From the NCBI GenBank assembly GCA_025060295.1, contig JANXCH010000001.1, positions 32,896-96,895 on the forward strand: a stretch of 64,000 nt of DNA. The letters are read 5' to 3'. The notes beneath the pieces are model-generated. The model was not told the DNA's origin and made no database searches. It saw only the letters and a list, made by a program, of their open reading frames with translations. Source of the stretch: Dehalococcoidia bacterium. Lineage in GTDB: Bacteria; Chloroflexota; Dehalococcoidia; Lucifugimonadales; HRBIN23. Of this stretch, positions 9,912 to 17,967 are shown in pieces (position 1 is the first letter of the stretch; the number at the start of each line of letters is the position of its first letter). A program made the translations under genes and the position numbers.

Positions 9912-10246
9912 CCATCCTCATCACGAATACCACCATCGTTACCTGCGACCCGGCGCGCACCATCCTCTCTAACGCCGCCCTTGCTGTGGAGAACGACCGT
10001 CTCGTCGCCTTAGGGCCTGCGGGGGAAGTGGCTCGGGCCTTTCCCCAGGCGGAGGTGGTGGACGGACGGGGTAGGGTGGTGTTCCCTGGCCTGATCAACT
10101 GCCATGCCCACCTCCTTCTGACGGTGGGCAGGGGCATTATGGACGACTTCGGTTTCCCCTCGCGCCTGCGCTTCCCCTCCGTCCCCTTTCCCCTACGCCT
10201 ACCCCCTGGCCCCCTCTTAGGGGGGCTTTACCCCTTGAAGGTGTAG
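9908..10246 (+). pseudogene. N-terminal remnant of a metal-dependent amidohydrolase (about 85 of about 430 aa)
   Basis: ILITNTTIVTCDP....L.NAALAVENDRL.ALGP.......P.AEVVDGRGRVVFPGLINCHAHL is the composite-domain plus first HxH metal motif of the amidohydrolase superfamily. The frame then degenerates into Pro/Leu-rich sequence, stops at 112 aa, and overlaps the 3' end of the convergent gene by 19 nt. Its ATG overlaps the upstream stop (ATGA). Confidence 0.6.
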
Positions 10247-11316
10247 GGGATACCCAGTTCCGCACTGATTCGGCGGAAGTAGGCTAGGGTCTTGCGCGGG
10301 ATAGGAATGCCCTTGGCCCGACGCTCTTGCTCCGTTTCCCATTCGGGCAGGCCGGGGTAGAGCACGCGGGAGTAGCCGGGGGCTGGGGGAGTCTCACGCA
10401 ACGTGCGTAAGAAGGTATCCATATCGCGTTTGAACTCGGCCACGGGGCGAAACAGGTCAATACGCCATGCGGCGAAGAAGTGGCCTGCCGCCCCCTGGGG
10501 GTGGAGGGCCACGCTATGGCCCGCGCCGGACAGCACCCCTGTGAGGATGTCCACCATTGCCCCCAAGCCGTAGCCCTTATGGCTGCCGTGCTCGGGCGTT
10601 CCCCCCAGAGGGGTAAGGCGGCGCGCCGCCCGAGCCTTCTGGGGATCGGTGGTGGGGATACCGTTTTCGTCGGTGGCCCACCCCAAAGGGATGGAGCGTC
10701 CCAACGCCTCGGCGATAACCACCTTGCCCATGGCCACCGTGCTGGTGGCTATATCCAACACAAAAGGCGGTTCCTTGCCGGCGGGGACGGCGATGCTGAG
10801 GGGGTTGGTGCCAAGGCGGGGCTCTCGGCCGAAGGTGGGCACCACAATGGGTGAGGCGTTGGTCATGGAGAGGCCGATAAGGTCATGCTCCAAAGCCATA
10901 AGGGCGTGGATTTGGGCGGCACCGTAGTGGCGGCTGTTCTGGACGGCTACCATCCCCACCCCCGCGGCCAGGGCCTTCTGGATTGCTAGGCGCATGGCGA
11001 AGGGGCCGACCACCAGCCCTAGCCCGCCATCGCCGTTCACCAGGGCCGAGACTGGTGTCTCTCTCACTACCCGTATCTGCGGGCGGGGGTTGATGCGTCC
11101 TTGCGTCAGACCCGGCACATAGATGCTCTCTATATAGTGCTGGACGCCGTGCGAGTCGATACCGCGTAGGTCGGCCAGCACCAGCACGTGGGCGGCCGTC
11201 TCGCTATCGGCTTTGGGGACGCCCAAACGCTGAAAAAGGGTGGCGGTAAATTCCAAAAGAGGCTCAGCGGGTATGCGAACACTTTCGTCCTCTCTAACCT
11301 TCAGGAACTCCACCAC
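10228..11316 (-). CDS. Ldh-family (malate/L-lactate dehydrogenase type 2) oxidoreductase
   Basis: LADLRGIDSHGV, NGDGGLG, SRHYGAA, MTNASP, PLSIAVP, DIATS and GSHKGYGL match the Ldh_2 family. GTG 11316 lies 5 nt after AGGAGG, and the upstream 97 codons of the ORF-track entry look non-coding. Confidence 0.8.
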   Translation of the reverse strand: MVEFLKVREDESVRIPAEPLLEFTATLFQRLGVPKADSETAAHVLVLADLRGIDSHGVQHYIESIYVPGLTQGRINPRPQIRVVRETPVSALVNGDGGLGLVVGPFAMRLAIQKALAAGVGMVAVQNSRHYGAAQIHALMALEHDLIGLSMTNASPIVVPTFGREPRLGTNPLSIAVPAGKEPPFVLDIATSTVAMGKVVIAEALGRSIPLGWATDENGIPTTDPQKARAARRLTPLGGTPEHGSHKGYGLGAMVDILTGVLSGAGHSVALHPQGAAGHFFAAWRIDLFRPVAEFKRDMDTFLRTLRETPPAPGYSRVLYPGLPEWETEQERRAKGIPIPRKTLAYFRRISAELGIPYTFKG

Positions 11317-11610
11317 GTCGCCTCCTAGAAGGGGGACTCGTGAACCCCTGATGCTGGTGGTAAGGATACTTTCTGCACAGGTCCCACGCAAGGGGTGAGG
11401 AGGCCAAATATGTGTTCCCTTTGGAAAAGCGGCGGGGTCAACCTCGCGGGTCGGGACTAAAGGCCCGACAGTTCGTCGCCCACTACCGGGGTGGTGATTG
11501 GCCCACCTCGTTTTCTTGAGACCGCCGTCGCGTCTCATCCTGCGCGATGGAGGGAAAGCGTATGGGGGGCGACCTTCGCTCAACGCCTCCGAAAAAGGTG
11601 AGGGCAACCT

Positions 11611-12051
11611 CTAGCCCTCTAGGGTGGCAATGACCTCGGCCACACTGGGGTGCAGACGATAGCCTGGCCCTTCGGGGAGGGACACCTTTTCCACTGGGCG
11701 CGGGAGGCCCGGGAAGCCCCGCATGCGGTGGCCCACAGACGAGAGGGTGCCTCCGATCTCCCGTGCCCGCATGTTCAAAGCCTGTTGGAGGGCTGTCCAC
11801 CCCACACCCTCGGGATGCTTAGCTACCTCCTTGAGGATGCGACGGGCATCGGGGGAGAGGCGCCCCCAGAACCGACGCACTTGCTGTGGAGTCCACCTCT
11901 GCTCGCCCGCAGGCTTGACAGGCGGAGGTGGCGAGACTTCTTTCACCGTGACCGCTGCTGGCGTTTCTTTTGCAGCGCCTTCGGCAAGACGAGCAAGAAT
12001 TGCCTGCACCTCATCCCACTCCCCTTCTAGGGTTACTGTTATACGGGCCAT
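11611..12051 (-). CDS. hypothetical protein (146 aa) with Pro-rich linker
   Basis: ATG 12051 lies 4 nt after GGAGG. The protein has an N-terminal about 30-aa segment (MARITVTLEGEWDEVQAILARL), a PPPPVKP linker, and a C-terminal about 90-aa region that looks helix-rich. I recognise no family. Confidence 0.5.
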   Translation of the reverse strand: MARITVTLEGEWDEVQAILARLAEGAAKETPAAVTVKEVSPPPPVKPAGEQRWTPQQVRRFWGRLSPDARRILKEVAKHPEGVGWTALQQALNMRAREIGGTLSSVGHRMRGFPGLPRPVEKVSLPEGPGYRLHPSVAEVIATLEG

Positions 12052-12489
12052 GTTCCCTCCTTCCCAATTGACACTGACCATAATAAGTGTAACAGTTCGA
12101 ATCCAATGTGTAAAGGGTATAGGAGCAAAAAAGCGGTGTTTTAGGGTTTGCTCTCACACACTCAAAACAGATGGCCGAGGACATGCAGGGTGGCACATGC
12201 CAGCTTTGTCAGGCAGACGGGATGCACCGATGTGGTCAAGATGGGGCACGCAATACAAGGAGGCGAAAATGTGGGGGAGACGCAGGAGGTGTGCGAGTAA
12301 CCACTCCCAGGAGTTTGGCCTGCGAAGCGGGAGCGTTGGCTGCGGATGTGTCCTAGCGGGCAACGGCGCCTGCCCGATCCCTGCATACTGTGTGGCGGCG
12401 CATAACGAGGGTATGGCAACTATGATTACGGTGCTCCCGATGAGCCTCCTTTCCAGTGTAGATGCCGATGCCGAGAGAGGTCTTCCGCT

Positions 12490-14154
12490 TTAGAACCGCC
12501 CACCGTCAATGACCACGTCCACTAAAGCGGGCTTGTCCAAGCTCAGGGCCTTCTCCAGGGTGGGGCGCAAGTGGTTGGGGTCTTCCACGCGGAACCCCGC
12601 CACGCCGTAGGCCTCGGCCTGTTTGCGCAGGTCCACGTCCAGATCCATGCCGATGAACTGGCTCTGGCGCTTCTGACCCAGCAAGGGGTAGTAGTAGCCC
12701 GTGAGGTATTGTTTGAGGATGCGGTAAGAGCGGTTGTTGCAGATGACATAAGTCACGGGGATGTTGTAGCGCGCTGCCGTGTACAGGGCCTGGATGGTGT
12801 ACATGGCCGCTCCATCCCCCACCACGGCGATGACGGGGCGGTCAGGCTTGGCCAGTTTGACGCCCAAGGCGCCGGGCATGCCCCATCCCAAACCTCCTCC
12901 GCGAATGCCGAACAGGCAACCGGGCTCGTCAAAGTCCAGAGCATTGTTCAGAACGGCTCGTGTGGTGATGGACTCGTCGGCCAGGATGGCGTTGCGAGGC
13001 CAGACCGCCTTCAGGTCAAGGGCGAGGCGCTCGGGGGCGATGGGCTTCTGGTCCCACACCTCTTTGGCCCGCTTGAGGAAGGCCTCTTTACGGGCCTGCT
13101 TCTCCTGGGCCAGGGAGCGGGCGCGCAAACGGGCCGCCTCCTGGGCAGAGCCAGGCATCTCCTGCTGCAGGGCGTCGGCCAGGTCGACCAAGCCCTCCCG
13201 TATATCGGCCCATATCCCCACAGCGGTGGGGTACATCTTCTCGATATCCCAGACATTGCTGTCCAAGTGTATCAGGCGATGCTTGCTGGTGAGGAGGGGC
13301 TCGGTGTAAAGGAATTGGGCGTAGACAGGTGCGCCCACCGCCAGAATGACATCGTGCTGGTCGGCCAGGTCGCGGGCCTGGGTGGAGTTGAGGTTGACAC
13401 TACCCTGGTACTGGGGATGGCTGGTGGGGAAGTTCACCTCGGAGAAGGCAAGGGCGTGCACCCGGGCTCCCACCAGTTCCGCCACCCGCACCGCCTCGGC
13501 CACCGCCCCCGACTGGGCGATGCGGTCGCCCACAAGCATTAGAGGGCGTTGAGCGCGGGCGAGCATGTGGGCCGCCTGCTCTACGGCCCGCTTATCGGGG
13601 CGAATACGGAAGTAGGTGGTCTGGGCGGGGGTGATCTCCACCTCTGCCTCCCTGTCCAGGGTGTCCCAGGGGAGGGAGAGGAACACTGGCCCTGTGGGGG
13701 GGGTGGCGGCCACCTTGAAAGCTCGGCGCACGGCCGTGGGGATGTCCTGGGGATGAAGAACTTCGTAACTCCACTTACTGAACTGCCGGCACATTTCAAC
13801 GAGGTTGCCGGAGAGGACAGGTTCCTGGATGAGCATGCGGGTATCGGACTGGCCTGCAGTGAGCACCAGAGGGGTGCCTCCCCGATAGGCGTTGTAAAGG
13901 GCGGAGATGCCGTTGGCCAAGCCGGCGGCGATGTGCAGGTTCACGAAGGCCGGTTTGCCGGTCGCACGGGCGTACCCATCGGCCATGAAGGTGGGCGTGG
14001 CCTCCTGCAGACCTAGGATGTATTTCACCTGGGGGTAGTCCTGCAGGGCGTCCATCAACGGGAGTTCCGTGGTGCCGGGGTTGCCAAAGATGTATTCCAC
14101 GCCGTGCGCCAGGAGCATCTGTAGTAAAGCGTCTCGCCCGCGCAGACGCGCCAT
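12490..14154 (-). CDS. thiamine-diphosphate-dependent enzyme (acetolactate synthase / benzoylformate decarboxylase-like)
   Basis: N-terminal pyrimidine-binding domain (GVEYIFGNPGTTELP, ADGYAR) and C-terminal TPP motif GDGAAMYTIQALYTAARYNIPVTYVICNN. ATG 14154 lies 4 nt after AGGAGG. Confidence 0.85.
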   Translation of the reverse strand: MARLRGRDALLQMLLAHGVEYIFGNPGTTELPLMDALQDYPQVKYILGLQEATPTFMADGYARATGKPAFVNLHIAAGLANGISALYNAYRGGTPLVLTAGQSDTRMLIQEPVLSGNLVEMCRQFSKWSYEVLHPQDIPTAVRRAFKVAATPPTGPVFLSLPWDTLDREAEVEITPAQTTYFRIRPDKRAVEQAAHMLARAQRPLMLVGDRIAQSGAVAEAVRVAELVGARVHALAFSEVNFPTSHPQYQGSVNLNSTQARDLADQHDVILAVGAPVYAQFLYTEPLLTSKHRLIHLDSNVWDIEKMYPTAVGIWADIREGLVDLADALQQEMPGSAQEAARLRARSLAQEKQARKEAFLKRAKEVWDQKPIAPERLALDLKAVWPRNAILADESITTRAVLNNALDFDEPGCLFGIRGGGLGWGMPGALGVKLAKPDRPVIAVVGDGAAMYTIQALYTAARYNIPVTYVICNNRSYRILKQYLTGYYYPLLGQKRQSQFIGMDLDVDLRKQAEAYGVAGFRVEDPNHLRPTLEKALSLDKPALVDVVIDGGRF

Positions 14155-14285
14155 GCTTCCTCCTTTCACGCAGGTGCCCACTGCACCCTGGGGGTATTAT
14201 ACGGAAAAGCCCTCTCCGGCCACCACTCTGGGCGGTCGCACAGGTGGTGCGAGGATCTGAGCATTTCGGCCCCTTACGGGCAAGT

Positions 14286-16607
14286 CTAGGGCAGGAGCAA
14301 GCCCACGCTCCGGAAGGCCCCGACACCCTCCCTTTGAATGGGCAAGCCGAGTACTAATCGACCTTGCATTAGTCCTTCTACCGTCGGATACAGGGCGTCC
14401 CAGCGGGCCAAGTAGCGGCGGGTGTAGGCGTCGGCGTGTTCGGGGGTCAGTGTAACTAGGTACAGAAAGGCACCGCGGAGGTCAGCCACCCCCAACCTCC
14501 CCTCCACGAGCAAACTGGTGCGGGCCTTTCTCAGGTTGTCGTCCGTCAGCAGGGCGCTCCACAGAAGGGCTATGCCACGGGCGTATTCATCGTTTTCCCG
14601 CTGGAGGTGGATGCCGGACAAGGTGTCTTGCAGCCATTGGGCATAAAGGGGCGTGCGGGGGTAAAGGGTAAGGTCTAGGCCCGTGCGCTCCTCCAACAGG
14701 CGCACAAAAAGGGCTTCGTGGAGGAAGCCCTGGGCCTCCCGCACAGCGCGCAGGTTGAGGGTATCAGGGGCCTCGCCCAGGCGGGGGTTCACCACCATCT
14801 GACGGAAGTGGCCCAGTTCATGCCCCAGGTCGCGCACCACCTCGGCGGGAGGGCGTTGCGCCATCACCCCTATCCGCAGACGGCCTCTCCACGAAGTGGT
14901 GAGGGCATGGGCAGACTGCAAGCGCAGGCACGCCGCCACATAGGCTTCTCGCTGAACAGGGGGGAGGAATGCCGCCTGGTCCGCGCAGACCATCCCCACC
15001 CAGCGCACGAACTCTCGGCGGGGAAGGAGGAGAACATCCACCGCCTCGGCCTCCAAAGGTTTCCCATATAGGAGCATGTAAAGGGCTGACGCCAAAGCAA
15101 GGATGTCCCTGCCCATGGCCACGCCGTCTTGACCGTGAGAGCCGTCGGCCTGAAGGAGGGTGGTGATCAAAGCGAGGCGGCGGCGCACCTCCTCGGAGGT
15201 CAAAACGGAGGGGGGCTCCGGCGGGTGTGCGAGCCACTCCACCTGGCGTTCCACCCGGAGCAGCACTTGCCCCATCTCTCCCGAAGTGTCGGCAGCCAGC
15301 CCCACCAGGAGAACCACCTGGTGCACACCCAAAGGTAACAGGGCGAGGGAGGACGGCAGAACCTGATCTAGGAGCACATCCACCTCCCCCGCCCCCAGGG
15401 GCGGGCGTGTCCATCGGGCCACCGGGGAACCGTCTATCAAAAGCACTGCGTGCAGACGCCCTGGGAGGGGAGCATCCCCCTGGTTGGCCACCCCCCAGTG
15501 GGCCCATACCCCTTGTCCCCGCACCACTGCGCTATGGCCGAAATGGCCCTCCTGGGACGAGAGAACCAAAGCGTCTGCCATACCCGGGAAGGCGTAGGGC
15601 ACCAGGCGGGGACCCTCACCAGGAGGGCTCTGGGCAGGGGGCCATGCAAAGGTCAAAAAGTATGCGTTGTTGTCCTCTTCTGCCTCATCTAGCCGATTCG
15701 TGGCGTCGGCTCTCGCCACAACGCGGTGCACACCTGGGCGAAGGGGGAGAACCTCCAATAGGCCATCCCATTCCAAACGCGTCTCCTGCCCCGGGAGGAG
15801 GGGAGGGATGGCCCAGCGGGTTGCGACAACGCCATTCACCTCCAGGTCGGTAACAGTGCGGACAGTAGAGGCCGAACGCCCGCGGTTGCGCAAGGCCACT
15901 TGCACTTTCACACGCCCGTCCATTGTGGGCGACACCGTTACCGGGGCAGACCAGTCGGGCGGTGTGAAAAAGACGAGGTCCGGTAAGTAGGGGTGCTCTT
16001 CCGTGCTTGGACGGGCAGGCGCAGGCCCTGTCCACAGGAAGGAGAGGGAGACGGCGTTGTTAGTTTGACTTGCCTCCTGCAAGAGACCTGTGGGGTCGAT
16101 GCGGAGGGTGAGGGTATGAGGTCCTGGGGTGAGCCTGACGCGCTCCAGCAGTTCCCCCCAGTCGAGGACGCTGAAGCGTTCCCCCGCTCCTAAAGGGGGG
16201 ATACGCCAGCGCTCCACAAGAATGCCGTCCAGGTAAAGGTCTACCAAAGCGGGCGTTGGCAGGGGAGCCGGCCCCAGGTTAAGCACCCACCAACTGATGA
16301 AGGGGGCTTCCGGCCCCAGGAAAGGGGTGTTGGAGCGTGCGTTGCGGAAGGGGCTGGCGATGAGCGCGCTTTCCCAGCCCGGGGGTGCCTGGATGGCCAG
16401 GTCGTAGACTAGGGGCGGTGGAGGCGCCATCGGGGGGTTTGGTGTGGGGCGTGGGACAGGTGTGGGGGTTGGGGTGGGAAGTGGTGTAGGAGTGGGCGGA
16501 CCGGGGGTCAAGGGGGGCGATGGGAGGGGAGGGCGCGGACTGCGGAGCCACTCACACCCCGCGAGCATTATGAGCATGACCAGCACCGCGAGGAGGGAGA
16601 TGCGCAT
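14286..16607 (-). CDS. secreted lipoprotein with three CARDB-like repeats and a C-terminal HExxH domain
   Basis: Signal peptide with lipobox MRISLLAVLVMLIMLAGC, then a Pro/Thr linker. Three about 100-aa repeats follow (..L.LDG..V.RW.IPPL.AG......W......L.PG.H.L......), and a C-terminal about 330 aa carries HELGH (nt 14808..14822). Confidence 0.75.
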   Translation of the reverse strand: MRISLLAVLVMLIMLAGCEWLRSPRPPLPSPPLTPGPPTPTPLPTPTPTPVPRPTPNPPMAPPPPLVYDLAIQAPPGWESALIASPFRNARSNTPFLGPEAPFISWWVLNLGPAPLPTPALVDLYLDGILVERWRIPPLGAGERFSVLDWGELLERVRLTPGPHTLTLRIDPTGLLQEASQTNNAVSLSFLWTGPAPARPSTEEHPYLPDLVFFTPPDWSAPVTVSPTMDGRVKVQVALRNRGRSASTVRTVTDLEVNGVVATRWAIPPLLPGQETRLEWDGLLEVLPLRPGVHRVVARADATNRLDEAEEDNNAYFLTFAWPPAQSPPGEGPRLVPYAFPGMADALVLSSQEGHFGHSAVVRGQGVWAHWGVANQGDAPLPGRLHAVLLIDGSPVARWTRPPLGAGEVDVLLDQVLPSSLALLPLGVHQVVLLVGLAADTSGEMGQVLLRVERQVEWLAHPPEPPSVLTSEEVRRRLALITTLLQADGSHGQDGVAMGRDILALASALYMLLYGKPLEAEAVDVLLLPRREFVRWVGMVCADQAAFLPPVQREAYVAACLRLQSAHALTTSWRGRLRIGVMAQRPPAEVVRDLGHELGHFRQMVVNPRLGEAPDTLNLRAVREAQGFLHEALFVRLLEERTGLDLTLYPRTPLYAQWLQDTLSGIHLQRENDEYARGIALLWSALLTDDNLRKARTSLLVEGRLGVADLRGAFLYLVTLTPEHADAYTRRYLARWDALYPTVEGLMQGRLVLGLPIQREGVGAFRSVGLLLP

Positions 16608-16616
16608 GCCCCACGG

Positions 16617-17057
16617 CTACCCCAAACGCTTCTGCAAACAGGCGAAGAAGGTGTCCAACAGTAGACGAGCGACGCCTCCCGCCACGCGCTGGCCCAGACC
16701 CGCGAGCAACCCCCCCAGGGTTACCCGCCCCTCCACTTCCACCCAGGTGCTCTCCCCCCGCTCGTGGAGGGTGAGAACGCCCTCCCCCCGCACGAACCCC
16801 CCCGCTCCTTTCCCCTCCACCTGCAGGCGATAGCGCTGCAGGGGTTCCACAACAGTCAGCACCACCTTGCCCGTATAGGTGCCCTTAATGGCCGACACCC
16901 CAACCCGCATCACCACATCATACTGATCGGGCACCGCTGAAGGAGTGAGGCGCTCACACCCGGGGATGCACGCCTGCAGGGTGCCTGTGTCCAGCAGGTG
17001 CTCCCACACCCGCTGGCGCGGAGCCTTGAGTTCATACTGTGCCTTTACCTGGAGCAA
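16617..17057 (-). CDS. coxG: CoxG / SRPBCC-family carbon monoxide dehydrogenase subunit G-like protein
   Basis: The profile MLQVKAQYELKAPRQRVWEHLLD...L..CIPGCE.L........Y......VG...IKG.Y.G.V is typical of CoxG. Its stop lies 10 nt upstream of the lipoprotein start. Confidence 0.8.
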   Translation of the reverse strand: MLQVKAQYELKAPRQRVWEHLLDTGTLQACIPGCERLTPSAVPDQYDVVMRVGVSAIKGTYTGKVVLTVVEPLQRYRLQVEGKGAGGFVRGEGVLTLHERGESTWVEVEGRVTLGGLLAGLGQRVAGGVARLLLDTFFACLQKRLG

Positions 17058-17277
17058 CGGCTTCTCCGACCATTAGGTGTCAAGGCGCACGCCTTTGTGC
17101 CCTCTGCGCGCAGGCACAGAGCCTGGAATGGGGCAGGGCCGACGACCCCCAAGGGTCTGGCCTTCACGCCCGTCTCGGGAAGAGGATAAATGTTCTCCCA
17201 TAATCGGGAAAAACGCTCACGTCGTCCGATACTCAGGGCAGCCCCGCCAACATGGGCCGTCCCAGAAACGACTTGGG

Positions 17278-17307
17278 TTGACAAAGCTCTCTTTGCTATT
17301 CTAGCAT
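17278..17307 (+). promoter_or_regulatory. putative promoter (TTGACA-18-TAGCAT) for coxSLM
   Basis: TTGACA at 17278..17283 and TAGCAT at 17302..17307, about 108 nt upstream of the coxS GTG, in the 358-nt divergent intergenic region. Confidence 0.4.
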
Positions 17308-17415
17308 TACCGCAAAGGGCACGGGGCTTACGGGCGCTTTGAGCCCTACGGGCTCTAGAACCTATATCCGGGGGAGGCCCGGCTAGGGGTTTCTCCCAAA
17401 AGGGGAGGTGCACGG

Positions 17416-17931
17416 GTGCTCTACAATATCCAGGTTACTGTCAACGGCAAGAGTTATGCCCACACTGTCGAGCCGCGTCTGCTGTTGGTGCACTACCTCC
17501 GGGATGTGCTGGGCCTCACCGGCACGCACATCGGCTGCGATACCAGCCAATGCGGGGCGTGCACCGTGGTCCTCAACGGCAAGGCCGTCAAGTCCTGCAC
17601 CGTGTTCGCCGTCCAGGCCGACGGAGGCACCGTCCTCACGGTGGAGGGTTTGGCCAAGGACGGGAAACTGCACCCTGTGCAACAGGGCTTCTGGGAGGAA
17701 CATGGGTTGCAGTGCGGCTTCTGCACCCCAGGGATGATTATGGCGTCCTACGCCCTTCTGGAGCGCAACCCCAACCCGACCGAGGCGGAGATCCGCCACG
17801 CTCTGGAGGGTAACTTGTGCCGATGCACAGGATACCAGAACATCGTGCGGGCGGTGCAGTGGGCCGCCCGGCAGATGGCTGAATCCGCTTCCGCCGCCCC
17901 TGTGCGAGGACCGAGGCGGCGGGCCCGCTAA
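17416..17931 (+). CDS. coxS: [2Fe-2S]-binding small subunit of a molybdenum hydroxylase (CoxS-like)
   Basis: Plant-type cluster [12 protein letters not shown] and second cluster CGFCTPGM...CRCTGY. GTG 17416 follows GGGGAGG. Confidence 0.9.
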   Translation: MLYNIQVTVNGKSYAHTVEPRLLLVHYLRDVLGLTGTHIGCDTSQCGACTVVLNGKAVKSCTVFAVQADGGTVLTVEGLAKDGKLHPVQQGFWEEHGLQCGFCTPGMIMASYALLERNPNPTEAEIRHALEGNLCRCTGYQNIVRAVQWAARQMAESASAAPVRGPRRRAR

Positions 17932-17967
17932 AAGCCACTTGTTACCCAGCCTGGAAAGGGGGAGCAC

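Noticed and set aside
11317-11607. 97-codon N-terminal extension of the Ldh-family ORF
   Set aside because: The extension is Arg/Pro/Gly-rich and not family-like. A GTG at 11316 with AGGAGG 5 nt upstream gives the expected about 360-aa protein.
12186-12200. AGGGTGGCACATGCC, resembling the T-box core AGGGTGGCACCGCG
   Set aside because: No Stem I elements, specifier loop or terminator accompany it. It is on the plus strand, with no plus-strand gene downstream.
16410-16540. Low-complexity CCN/ACN-rich DNA, also at 35996..36161, which could be mistaken for tandem repeats or an array
   Set aside because: Both stretches translate in frame to Pro/Thr-rich linkers just after lipoprotein signal peptides. 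There is no regular repeat-spacer periodicity.
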